From Eledone cirrhosa (taxonomy: Eukaryota), in assembly GCA_964016885.1 (NCBI GenBank), contig OZ024741.1, positions 281,046,001 to 281,110,000 of the forward strand: a stretch of DNA of 64,000 nucleotides, read 5' to 3'. The translations under genes and the position numbers were made by a program. Positions 13,498 to 25,779 of the stretch are shown in pieces. The notes beneath the pieces were generated by a model that saw nothing but the letters and a program-made list of their open reading frames with translations, ran no database searches and was not told the DNA's origin. How positions within the stretch are numbered: the stretch's first letter is position 1; every line of letters begins with the position of its first letter.

Positions 13498-14275
13498 TCT
13501 TATGGAAGTGTATGTTAGAGAGATGCGAAGACCCAGGCTGTCTGAGAGGTCAGTGACCTCACTTCAGTACAGACTCGGTCTCTGAAGCCCAATGCAGCCC
13601 TTGCTAGCAGGGAAAGTGGACATTAAATGATGATGAGTTATATGTATATAGTGTGTGTGTGTATACACATGCACACACACTCACACATATATGCAGATAT
13701 ATATTTACCACAATAAATTGTGGTATATTGGTAAATAGCTCACACACTGGAAAGTGGCAATACTTGTGTCACAAAAACAAAATCACCTAATCCATACTGT
13801 AATGTGGTAGTGTTGGTGTCTCCCCAAAACCCACCCAGTCAACCATATCAGATGGTAGTGTTGGTGCCATGAGAAAACAAATTGAGTACATACTGTGAAT
13901 TGGTTGGTGTGAAGAAGGGCATCCGGCTGTAGAAACCATGTCAAAATGGAATGTATGAGCAAGACAGTTTAACCTCAGAATGTGACAACCTATGCAATCA
14001 TGGAAAATAGATGTAAAATAGTGATGATAAAGCCATGTCAGTGTTAAGGAGTTTGCTGTGTAACTGCATGGCAACTTGGGCAAGTGTCTTCTCCTTTAAT
14101 CTTGTGTTAACCAATACGAAAAACACATGGAATGCTCAGCCATGTATATGTAAATTTTAGAAGCAGGTTTTATTGTTCCAACAACTGGAACACTTGTCGG
14201 GACTAATGGAGTACCAACAGCAAAATTTTATTCTTTGAAAAAGTCCCAATGATAATGTTTTTGTTTTTTCCCTAG

Positions 14276-14449
14276 GAAACTACTACTCCAATAGAAAAAG
14301 GTGAAGAATATCAGTTTGACAAATGTGGACGTGAAGAACTCAAGCTCAAAGCTATGGAATTTTACCAGGAAAATAAAGTCCCAGAAAAAATTGAAGAGGT
14401 TTTGAATAATTTATTCTATGACCAACCATCAGATATTTATGGATATTTG
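14276..14449 (+). CDS. ENO4: Enolase-4-like, coding exon A (N-terminal extension)
   Basis: Polypyrimidine tract and cctag acceptor, 174 nt, gtaag donor. ETTTPIEKGEEYQFDKCGREELKLKAMEFYQENKVPEKIEEVLNNLFYDQPSDIYGYL matches the recalled vertebrate ENO4 N-terminus (LKQQAMEYYRENDVPRRLEELLNSTFYLQPADVYGHL). Confidence 0.9.
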
Positions 14450-15077
14450 GTAAGAAATATTATTTTGAATCATTAGTGGGTGATTTTGAATCAAAGGGCG
14501 GTGTCAGTAAGCTGTTGGACAACATGCTTTGTGGCATATAATTACAGCCCTTTATGTTCTGAGTTCAAATCCTGCTGATATTAGCTTTGCCTTTCATCCT
14601 TACAGGGTCAATAAAATAAAATATCAGTAACTTACAGGGGTTGATTTAATTGCCCCCCCCCCCCCCCCCCCCCCTCCCATCCAAATTGTTTTTCTGCCTA
14701 CATCAGAAACCATTATTTTGAATCATCGGATATAAAAAAGAAATAAACATTTTGAAGTAAAACTATTTTACAGGTGTAGGAAGGGCATTCAGCTTTAGAA
14801 GCCATACATAAACTAGAACATATATAAGTGAGACATGGCCTCCAGCCTGTTCAACCTATGCCAGCATAGAAGAACAGATGTTAAATGATAATTCTGATGA
14901 TGATGTGTTCACTGATATATCACAAGGCAAAAATTAAGGAAAATTGAAGCATTATATCAAATACAAACAACAATGCCTCAGATTTGTCATAAATTGTACC
15001 AAAAATTTTTTTTAATAATAAATATATTTTAAAGATCCAAAAATAAAAACAAACAAAATTTAGGATAGTGTAGTGTC

Positions 15078-15138
<61 letters not shown>

Positions 15139-15256
15139 ATGCATGTGTAGTGGCCAATAGCAACAGTTTGAACCAGTTGAAAGGTTGTTCCCTTCTCCTC
15201 TTCTCCATTCATCAGCTCTGTTTCTCCAACATACAGAATCCCAGACATATGCCACC

Positions 15257-15490
15257 TCATGGTCCCAGTAGACAGAATAGAGCTTGCACTACTCCAGAAG
15301 AAAGCAAGAGAGACATGTTGAAAGAGCCATTCCAACTCACAAGGCTTACTCCTGCAGATGACCAGCTTTGTCCCAATAGCAGTATGGAGGTAGTTTTGAG
15401 ACCCAGAATGCCAGAGGTCTCCACTGCTATACGTTTAATGACAAACCTATTGGAAAGTGGCTGATACTTCAACAACTTGTGATCTTCAGT
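15257..15490 (-). mobile_element. CRE/RLE-type non-LTR retrotransposon C-terminal fragment
   Basis: KLLKYQPLSNRFVIKRIAVETSGILG... and, in another frame, EWLFQHVSLAFFWSSASSILST resemble the KY..L...F.P.AVET.G and QR.S.A..RGNA.SIL motifs. Confidence 0.55.
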
Positions 15491-15913
15491 TGTATCTGTA
15501 TTTGTAATCTTGCTGATAAAAATTATAACAAACTCTAAAAGACCATTATTAACCATAATGTGTTAGTGTATTTGTGTGTGTGTATATATATCATCATCAT
15601 CGTTTAACGTCTATCTTCCACGCTAGCATGGGTTAGATGGGAATTGTCCCACTTGAGGCAAGATTGGTCAGGTGACCGTGTCTTGCTCATATAGAACTAT
15701 CTGGCAGTTTTCTATGGCTGGATGCCCTTAACACCACCCACATTCACAGTGTGGACTGGGAGCTTTTTACTGTGTTACCTACACGACCACATTATAGCGT
15801 GGACTGTGTATTTTTTTAATTTTTTTTTGGACTATGTAATATATACTAGGGTTGCATCATATATATATATGTAATTCTTCAACGTATCAGTAACCACATA
15901 AATTATAGGGTTT
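15330..15913 (+). repeat. Local segmental duplication, copy 2
   Basis: Direct repeat of 12914-13497 at an offset of about 2.4 kb. Confidence 0.9.
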
Positions 15914-18751
15914 CCCTTCTGCAAACCATTGATTTATCAAAACACAACTTTCTCAGTTTGTCTAATTGCCCAAATATCCAGCAACCCTAGTATATATTAC
16001 ATAGTCCAGAATTTAAACACATTCAACACTATTGCTGTCATTATTGATAGCACTGATCCACTAGTATTAAATGATAATTAACCTTCACATTATCATACGT
16101 TAGACAAAAACACTACATCCATAGGATGTGAACCTACAATAGAGGGACCCTCTATTGTAGGTTCTCAACTTACTAGAAATAGCAGTAAAATTTTCCTCAA
16201 ATCTCAGCTCACCATTAAAATGATTGGATAATGCAGTCTTAGAGTATGTGTTAAATGGGATGCTTTAGATCATACATGTACTTGAACAGGTTACAACAAC
16301 AACATATTAATAATAAAACAAAAGTGAAACTCAACTAGTTCATATGTTTTTATTGGCAGCATGGCCTTACCATTGTAAAAAGTAATTTTTTTTTCTTTTA
16401 TGTTTTTTTTCTTCTAAACTGCCATTTGAAAGATGTCATAAATGATAACCTTTAGCTCATCATAACAAGTCTATAATATAACAAAATGCTACATACCCTC
16501 ATTAATCTACTTAAATCTCAACATCCTATAATGATTACCACAAAATATCTAAAAATCATTATCATCACTATTTTACGTCCATTCTTCCATGCTAGCATTG
16601 GTTAGACAAGTTGTCCTGTTGTGGGCAATGCCAGGTCAGGTGACCATGTCTTGCTCATACAGAACTGATTTTGGCTTGATTTCTACAGCTGAATGCCCTT
16701 CCTAACACCAACCCCATTTACAGTGAGTACAGGGTGCATTTTTATTGTGGCACCTACACGACCACTTTACAGTGTGGACTGAGTGCTCTTTTTTGTGACA
16801 CCTAAACGACCACTTTACAATGGGTTTGTTAATTCAAATATTTATAGAGTCTTTACTGCTGAATTGTGAAAATTTGCAGTAAGCTAGATTATTATTTTTA
16901 ATGTGATGCAATCACAGTAATTTTTTTGAGTTTTCAAAAATGTTTTGCCAATGTCATATCATGAGGTTTGTTAATTCAAATGTTTACGAATGGACAGATC
17001 ATTGGGCAAATTATAATTTCTAATGTGATCCAGTCATAGTGCGGTTTTACACTTTCCAAGAATGTCTTACTAGTGTGGTTTCTAAGGTACAGGACATTAA
17101 CATTTAATTCAGAATAGTGTTGATGTTATATTTGGCAAATGTTCATGCATATGGACTTTTGTTGATAATTATGTTTTAGTGTTCTGTGAGAGTTTTTAGC
17201 TTTATAGAGGTTATTATAGAGGTTATTAAAAGTTCATAAAGACTTAAATGTCAACTTACTGAAAAGCTAAAATTATAACATCTTTGAAGACTTATTTTTC
17301 ATAGTTTTTGCCATTTAATCAAAAATACATAGATGGCTGGCTGTTTTGAGCTTCTTTGATGTTTTACTTAAGATTGTAAACCAAATGCAATTTATATTCA
17401 TGCAGTTTAGCTATGTCAGTATGTAAATATAAAATTTATGTTAAGGGTAGTGGTTTGGCAGAATCAGTAGAACGTTGGACAATATGCTTTGCAACATATA
17501 GTTATGTCCCTTTACTTTCTGAATTTAAATCTCATCTTTGCCTTTCATCCTTACGGGGGTCAATAAAATACCAGTAATGCACTGGGTCAATTTAATCGAT
17601 TTCCCCTCCCCTAAAATTGTTGGCCTTTTCCCCAATATATTTGGAAAACTGCAGCTGTTTTAAATTCATCACCCATATATTCCCATCAAATATTAAACAG
17701 CCTACAAGATTAAAAACTAAATGTGACGGATGCAACAACCTCTCTAGTGCTGGTGACTCAACAAAATGCACCCAATACACTCTGTAAAGTGGTTAGGAAT
17801 TGGAAAAGGATCCAGTCATAGAAAGCCTACCAAACAAAGGGTCGGGAGAACTCTTCAACTGTGTAAAAAACATAACTTACCTAGTGTTGGTGCCGTGATA
17901 AAATGCACCTGATGTATGTATACATGATACCCCTGACACAGTCTCCTCCTCCTTCAATACATTGGTGTGATCAGTAGCTCTGATTAAGTACTGACTTGGT
18001 ATATGATTACCCGGCCAACCCTTGCTAGCAGGGAAATCAGACGTTAAGTGACGATGATGTTGTTTATCAGTTTGTATGTTAACTAAACATACATAAAACT
18101 GAACGTTCCCAGCATACTGAATCCCACCACATAGTTTTGCTTTCTGATTGTAACCAATTTCACTTCACTTATGCTGGAAATACAGTTGGAAAAATGAACA
18201 TCACACCTCTAAATTCTTCTCCTCTTTCTAGTCCAGAGAGTTAATGAAAAATAAAAAAGGTTAAATTCTGTCCTAAACCTGGAGGTTAATAATGCTGGTG
18301 TTTATCCTTAATTCATTGGTTTTAAGTGACTGCGAGTCCCCTTAGACAGGACACGAGTTTGTTGTTGCATGGTTAACTCTCAGTTACTGCTGCTACTGAA
18401 GATGCCTAAAAATTATATCAATTATATCAATCAAAAGATATTGTAAATAAAAACAAAATACTTATGGCTCTTGGTAAACTCAGGATAACACACTAGAAAA
18501 ATTAAATATGCCATTAAAGATATATTCATTGAGATTCATCATCATCATCATCGTTTAACATCTATCTTCTATGCTAGCATGGGTTAGACGGTTTTGTTCC
18601 ATTTGATGCGGGATTGGTCGGGAGACTATGTCTTGCTCATACGGAAGTGTCTCTGGTAGGTTTTCTACGGCTGGATGCCCTTCCTAACACCAACCACTTT
18701 TACAGTGTGGACTGGGAACCTTTTTACCGTGTCTCCTACATGACCACTTTA

Positions 18752-20045
18752 CAGGGTGCGGATGATATTTGTTCGCAAGATTACTGCCTAGGAAAAAATA
18801 ACACAGTAGTTTTATTTTTTAAGATATATTTATCAAACTTGTGTCAGTTTGTCTTCATGACTTGTTCTTTCGATCTCACTCGATAAACCCGCCATTGGCT
18901 TTGATGACGGCCTCAAGGCGGCCTCGGAACCGGCTACAGGGCTTCGTCACTGTCCCCCAACTTAGGCTCCTAAAGGCACTTGTGAACCTGGCCTTCAGAT
19001 CGTATTTCGTATTGCAGCTAGATCTGTTGGTGTCTCGTTCCACTGTGCCCCACACAAAGAAATCGAGGGGGTTGCAGTCAGGCGAGCTGGGAGGCCAGAT
19101 GTCAGGTGAAGTGTAGTCGACGAAGTTCTCTGACAGCCAGGCTTGGGTCTTTCGGCTGGTATGGCAGGGTGCTGAGTCTTGCTGCCACACGTATGGCCTA
19201 CCTGCAGCTACCTGGTCGATCCAGGGCTTTACTACCTCGCTCAGAACCCGGATGTAGCCATCGGTGTTCAGCTTGAGGCTCTCAGGGAAGAAGTGAGGTG
19301 GCATGACGTCACCTTGACTGCTGACGACACCTAAGACCAATGTTGTCACTGGAAACTTTGTCTGCATGACTCTGGGCACGTCTTTGGATGAGACAGCGAG
19401 CCACCTGTTGTTCTGGGAGTTGATCTTCTGGTCTTGGCAGAAGTTTTTCTCGTCGGAGAAAAACCACAGCATGTCTGGCTCCAGTGGGTGTTTCAACTTG
19501 TTGATCAGCTTCTTTGCGTACTTCAGTCGCTTTTCTTGCATCGCCTTTGACAGAAATTGTTCTTTCTTCATCTTGTATGAAACGTAGCGAATGGCTTCAT
19601 GTAACACCAGCCTAATGAGCTTTTCATCCATGCCTTTCTCCCTTGCAATGGCACGCATCGACTTGCTAGGTTCATTGTTGATGACATCCTGAACTTCAGC
19701 GACGAACTCGGGCGTTCTGAAGGCATCAGATTGTCGATCATGTGTTTTCCTCTCTGATGTTGCTTCGTAGTCAAATCCTGAATCTTCCAATTCCTTTCTG
19801 ACCTTTTCCACCATTCTCCTGCTGATGCTGGGAAAGTCTGAAATTTCCTTATTTGTCCTCCCGGCGCGGATTCCAAGAAGAACTCCGTGTCTCTTCCACA
19901 AATTTGGAGGTTCAAAATTATTCATAATCAATTATTCTGAAAATAAATAATGGAAATATTGTCACTGTTTTTATGAAGACAAGAGTGACAACGGAAGTAA
20001 AAAAAATTTGCATAAAATTAGCAGTTGAAAATCGCGAACAAATAT
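18752..20045 (-). mobile_element. Tc1/mariner maT (DD37D) transposon
   Basis: TA|CAGGGTGCGGATGATATTTGTTCGC at 18752. Only the inner 12 bp of the other TIR (GCGAACAAATAT, 20034-20045) remain. Inserted into an RTE-tail repeat. Confidence 0.9.
18876..19931 (-). CDS. DD37D (maT) transposase, 351 aa, uninterrupted
   Basis: WFFSDEKNF, VWQQDSAPCH and WPPSSPDCNPLDF motifs; 37 residues counted between the 2nd and 3rd Asp; N-terminal HTH-like region. Confidence 0.93.
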   Translation of the reverse strand: MIMNNFEPPNLWKRHGVLLGIRAGRTNKEISDFPSISRRMVEKVRKELEDSGFDYEATSERKTHDRQSDAFRTPEFVAEVQDVINNEPSKSMRAIAREKGMDEKLIRLVLHEAIRYVSYKMKKEQFLSKAMQEKRLKYAKKLINKLKHPLEPDMLWFFSDEKNFCQDQKINSQNNRWLAVSSKDVPRVMQTKFPVTTLVLGVVSSQGDVMPPHFFPESLKLNTDGYIRVLSEVVKPWIDQVAAGRPYVWQQDSAPCHTSRKTQAWLSENFVDYTSPDIWPPSSPDCNPLDFFVWGTVERDTNRSSCNTKYDLKARFTSAFRSLSWGTVTKPCSRFRGRLEAVIKANGGFIE

Positions 20046-21794
20046 TGTGTGGACTGAGTGCTTTTTGTTGTGTCACTGACACAGTGGACGGAAATAGAAG
20101 GATGGGGTAGGGTATGTGGGGGTGTATATTGAGTTAAGAGGTGCCTACTGACTAGGTTTGTATGCTATTAGCTATGCTATTCAGATACTAAATATCTATC
20201 AGCTTTTGGAGAGAACCCTGTCTGTCATTAGAAATACGGCAATGAAAGGGTTAATCAAATGCTAGATTAATACAATTTGCTCAAATATTTAATTAATATT
20301 TAAAAAGAAAATTCTATATGTAAATTAAATGGTGAAGCAGTTTTAGAAAGCATTGTTATATTAAAATTAAAAATGATGTAGCAGCTGTGACAGTGATGAA
20401 ATAAAATATAATATTGGGTTAGAAATGATTTAGATGCTGTGACAGTATGTCTGATGAAATAAAATATAGTATTGTGTTAAAAATGTTCAGTTTTAAAAGA
20501 CTTTGATCAGTGAATCGACATAGGATTCCCTATCATGTTAGAAATTGTTGCGTTGGTTAATGATTAAAGAAGCTGCAGGTGAAATCCTGACCCTATGAAC
20601 AAGTTTAAGTTATTGTTGATGTCTCTTGACCAAACAGGAGATAAAATAAAAATGAAAAGACAGCAGCAGAGTCAGTTAGTAGCATCACAGGTTCACCAAT
20701 TTAGCACAAATTCTGCTCCAGTGACACATTCAATGAGAAATAGCAGTAGAGTATAAAACTATAAAGATCATCCTTTTTTTTTTTTTATTACTGTCTAAAA
20801 TTACTGCAGTTGAAGGTAGAAACTATATCTCTCCAAAATGGTTAACTGAATATGCACATGTTTTTTTCTCATTATTTTCTGTTCCTTCCTCTTCTTTATC
20901 TTTGTATTTCATCTTTTATTTCTCATTCTATCTTCTGATGAAAAACTAGTGCCTGAAACATTAAGACTCTTTTCCTATTATTTTAAGCATTAAACTAATA
21001 TATTTCTTCATTGTACTTGGACGTTTGCTTTGTTATTTCTGTTTACTTTTTACACGCACACACAGACACACATGCACACACCACACACACCACATACACA
21101 CACAATTTTTTTATTTTTTTCCATACACATTGTCTGGACTCCTAAGTAATTTTAAACTTGCCTATATATTTAGCATATTCATGAAATTGTGAAAGTGCTC
21201 TGTTCATTGTGGTTTTGATTCTTTGGCTGTTGTTTTCAATGTGACCTTTAACATTAACAGATGTTGTACATATGCAAAAGATAAAGCTGTAAGTTTTCTG
21301 TTGATTCCATGCCAGCTAGCTCATTGTTTTCCACTCATCTACCTCTCTGAAACCAGTACTTATAATATAACTACTAAGCTTTAAGCATAAACATTTACCT
21401 GATATTATAGGTGAGAGATGATAACTAGAAGCTTCTACCAGTTGCTGCTGTACTAGTGACTACCTACCAGCACCATTGTTGTCTACCTGCTTGGTTTATA
21501 GATCATGTTACTGAAAAAAATAGCCAAGATTGAAATTACCTAAATTATCTGTGTATGGGCACATAAATATCTACATTCATGAGTTCTTCAATAGACCATG
21601 AAATAGATTTTGCATAACTCTTTTTTTAATTCTATTTTGTTTTTCAACAGCTGAGGATTTTTACTTGAAATATAAAACCTACATGAATATTTTTTTAAAT
21701 TTGCATATGGTATTAACTAATTTTGTTAAAAGCTTGTAAAATATTACATAAAGGATAATACATGAAATTTTGACTTTTCTTTCTATTCAAATAT

Positions 21795-22145
21795 AATCAT
21801 TATCATCATTACTGCTGTCATCGATGTCATCATCATCATTGCCATCATCACCATCACCATTACCACCTTCATCATCACCATTACCACCACCATCATCATC
21901 ATCACCATCATCATCACCACAATCGTTATCACCACCACCATCATTATCACCACTACCACCATCAACACCACCACCATCATCATCATCACAGCTACCACCA
22001 CCAACATCATCCTTATCACCACCACCACCACCATCACCACCACCACCACCATCACCACCACCACCACCATCACCACCACCACCACCATCACCACCACCAC
22101 CACCATCACCACCACCACCACCATCACTACCACCATCACCACCAT
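21795..22145. repeat. (CAC/CAT)n trinucleotide low-complexity tract
   Basis: Visible directly; produces the poly-V/M and poly-P/S pseudo-ORFs. Confidence 0.95.
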
Positions 22146-23407
22146 GTTTATTTTTCTAAGCTTGCATGGTTTAGACAAGTCCTTCCCAGCACAATGTCAT
22201 TCCATTTGTTTTTTTCCTTTGTCATCTCCTTTGTATGGCTCACTTTCTTGAGGTCAACTTTCACGCCACCTCTGCCCACATCCCTTTTGCTCTTCCTCTT
22301 CTGCAGCTTCCATCCTCCTGGAAGTCCTGGCACTTCTTCATCCAATCATCATGTTGTATGTGTGTGATTCATTTTCACTTCCATTCTTTCATGTTGTTCG
22401 GGATGTTTTGAGGCAATATTTTACACCTGGATGCCCTTCCCGACACCACTAACACTTTTCGGCATCTCTTTGGCATGCAGGGATACGGTGTATATATTTT
22501 TAAAAAATGAGATACACACGGCATAAAGCATTATGTGTAAAAACAAACAAACACTAAACACCAATAAACAAACAAGAAAACTAAATATCCTAATCTCTGA
22601 GAAAACAATTGTGGAATAAGTGACATATTTATCTGGGCCAATTAGTTCCAGGTTTTGGTGGTGTTGTGAGACAAGTGAATGGCTTCCTTGTATAGGCTAC
22701 CACACTGTTGAACTAGAAAATATGACACCTATTCTTAACTGTTAGGGGAGTTGAAGCACATAATTAGCAGAGAATAACTAATTATATATATGTAGTTGAT
22801 AGCTCCTGTTACCTAAGTGACCTAATTAGTTAGTAGGAGAGGAAGTTGCTCTGAAATCATAGTAAATACAAGAACAAAGTAAAAAAGTTCAGAGGGCTAC
22901 TACATCTGTTGGCAACAAAAGCATTCTCTCTATGAATAAAGGGTAAACAGTGTGGTGTTGTATAACAGTGAGACATGGGCAGTGAATGTAGAGGATGTAC
23001 AAAGACTGAAGAGAAATGATTCAAACATGCTCCTCTGAATGTGTAATGTTAGTGTGCATGAAAGTCAAGTATAGGTGAAATGAGAGATAAACTGGACATA
23101 AGAAGAATGAGATGTAGTGTGCAAGGGAGCAGGTTGTGCTGGTAAGGACATATGTGTATAAATGATGATTGTTAGTTGAAGAATCGTGAAAGAGGAAGAT
23201 CAAAAACGTTATGAGCAGAGGTTGTAAAAGTGGACCTTGGGAAGATGCTATTTTGGAGAGGACTCATCTATCTTATGCCTGAATGAAAAACATGGATGAA
23301 AAAATGAAGATGAAAAACCGAAGATGAAGATGATGATAAAGATGGTGAAATGGGATATGAAAGCAACTGTGGTTCTTGGCTGCTGTTTTATTTTTACCTA
23401 TCTTATA

Positions 23408-23600
23408 TTATGTCAGGACTTACCTATCTCATACCTGCATGTTATGTCAGGACTTATTTACCTCTTACCTGTATGTTATGTCAAGACTTGCTCACTCACC
23501 TGATACCTGTATGTTATGTCAGGACTTCCTCACTTACCTCTTACCTATATGTTATGTCAGGACTTGCTCACCTCTTACCTGTATGTTATATCAGGATACT
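23408..23600. repeat. 30-36-bp minisatellite, about 6 copies
   Basis: TGTTATGTCAGGACTT...ACCTCTTACCTGTA repeated. Confidence 0.85.
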
Positions 23601-24240
23601 ATCTACTAGTCACAACTCCTGGCAGAATGTGCAAGATGAAATAAAGTGTCTTGCTCAAGGACATAACACATTGCCTGGTCCAAGAATCAAACTCGCAACC
23701 TTATGATTGTGAACCCAATTCTCTAACCATTAAACCACATGCCTTCACCATAAGCCTGTCATAATAATTTTATAATTTTATATAAGCACCTTTGTTCCAA
23801 ACACCAGCTTAATAGGCAATAAATTGGCCATGTCATTAAAAAGTTGAATAGAATGTTTTGTGGTAATTTATTACAGCTATCTGCTCTCTGAGGTCGATAA
23901 AAAAAGTACTAGTCATGTATGGGAGTTGATTTCTTCTTCTATATGTCATTTTCACTTCCTCTCTCACTCACTCTCTCTCTCAATCACTCTCTCCTTCTTT
24001 CGTAGAAACCAGTAATGTTCAGACCGGGAGAGGGATAGGTTTCACCAGGTTTAAAATACCAAAGACATGTCATATGTCATTTCAACTCCACCAATAATTA
24101 TGGGTCCATGCTAATACAAACACCAACTTAATAACAAGAAAGTTAGTTACTGTTCTAAATCCCACCAAAATCTTGAGTGTTTTCAAAATTATTTGAAAAA
24201 TCATAGTGTTTTTCATTAGAAATATGGTAATAAAAGAGTT

Positions 24241-24403
24241 AAAGTGTTTTTATATATATATAAAAACATTCCATCATACTTTTATGTAAGAACTTTTGTT
24301 TAGTTCTGTTCCACATAATCTTATTATTTGGAACAGAACTAAACAAAAGTTCTTACATAAAAGTATGATGGAATGTTTTTATATATATATATAAAAATAC
24401 TTT
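24241..24403. repeat. Fold-back palindrome, arms of about 70 bp
   Basis: ...CATTCCATCATACTTTTATGTAAGAACTTTTGTTTAGTTCTGTTCCA, a short loop, then its exact reverse complement. Confidence 0.92.
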
Positions 24404-25032
24404 ATATATGAAAACACTTTAAAGTTATAACTAAATCCCTCCAAAATCTTGTATTTTCAAAATTATTTAAAAAACAGGCAATGTTTTGCATTAGAAATAT
24501 GGTCATGTAAAGATTAAAAAAGGAAGAACATTGAATAAAGTAGTCATAGATACACTATGCATGAAAAAAATAGATGGGAGGAGGATGGCTGTAATGACTT
24601 TGATCTGCTTGAACAAATCTGACCTGAGACTAAACAGTAACAATAACTCATTTGATGTAATGTATAGTTAGTTCTCATGCAAAAAAAAAAAAAAAAAAGC
24701 TATGAATGATAGGCATCGTCTGCAGGCATCAATATGTGAGTTAAAGAAACATTTATTATTATATATAGAATTTATATATATTTATTATTATTATATAGAA
24801 AGTATATATATATACATATAAGTTAACTTTGTCTTTCATCCTTCAGTCAAGAATATATAGTTTTCTTGTCTGTAAATGAGGTGATTAATCTCATTTATTT
24901 CTTTTCTATTATAAGTTGACCCAACTTATGCAACTTCATATGCAAATGAGATTAATCACTTCATTTGGACAGATGAGAAAACTATATATTCTCGACTGTT
25001 TTCAAGTCCAGCAGTAGCAAGCGGTGGGAGGG

Positions 25033-25076
25033 ACCGTCCTGACGAAGGCCAGTCAAGCCTGAAATGCATAGACGGT
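25033..25076 (+). ncRNA. Minimal type I hammerhead ribozyme (Penelope pLTR-type)
   Basis: ACCGTC-CTGACGA-AGGC cagtcaa GCCT-GAAA-TGCA-TA-GACGGT. Canonical core, palindromic loop III, stem I extendable to 25006-25100. Confidence 0.85.
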
Positions 25077-25219
25077 TGTCCCCCCCTGCTTCTGCTGGAC
25101 ACCACAAGAGGGCGTTAGCCAGAAATACGAAATTTCTATACATATTGTATAAAGCTATGCTTGAAGCAAAATCTTATTTCTTCCCTTATATATATATATA
25201 TTATATTATATTACCCAAG

Positions 25220-25410
25220 GGCAGTGGATTGGCAGTATCGGTAGAGAGTCGGACGCCATGCTTTGACGCATAGAGTTACGGCCCTTGTCATTCTGAGTTC
25301 AAATCCCGCCGAGGTTAACTTTGCCTTTCATCCTTACGGGGTCGATAAAATAAAGTACCAGTAATGAACTGGATAATTGCTGGCCTTGTGCCAAAAGTAG
25401 AAACTATTAT
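25220..25410 (+). mobile_element. Young tRNA-derived SINE
   Basis: Box A TGGCAGTATCGG, box B GAGTTCAAATCC, central CTTTGCCTTTCATCCTTACGGGGTCGATAAAAT; flanked by TATTATATTACCCA direct repeats. Confidence 0.88.
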
Positions 25411-25779
25411 ATTATATTACCCATCTGCATTGTTGAGGCTTCCAAAACGACCTAAAGAAAATATATCTTATTATTCCACAATGCTTCAAGCAAACTTCAA
25501 TACTTTCTTATATTATATTATATTATCATTATCATTGTTTAATGTCCATTTTTCCATGTTTGCATGGCTTGACACATTGTGAAACAAGTTAGAACAACTG
25601 ACCAAGTGTTGCTTGCATTGATCTATATTTTGTTAAAAGATCTGTATTTTGTTAAAAGAAAGTCTTAAATGGAGATGGCATTTTCTGACTGACTTGTGTG
25701 TACTGGGTGGCCTGGATCTCTTGAAAAGCACCTAAGCAATTAAGAGTGATAATCTCCAATTTTCAAAAATGGAAGCAAG

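Noticed and set aside
20931-20966. CTGATGA...GAAACATTAAGA as a functional ribozyme
   Set aside because: Stem II is unpaired; counted only as a decayed remnant.
21783-22178. Extensin-like Pro/Ser or Val/Met ORFs
   Set aside because: Trinucleotide microsatellite.
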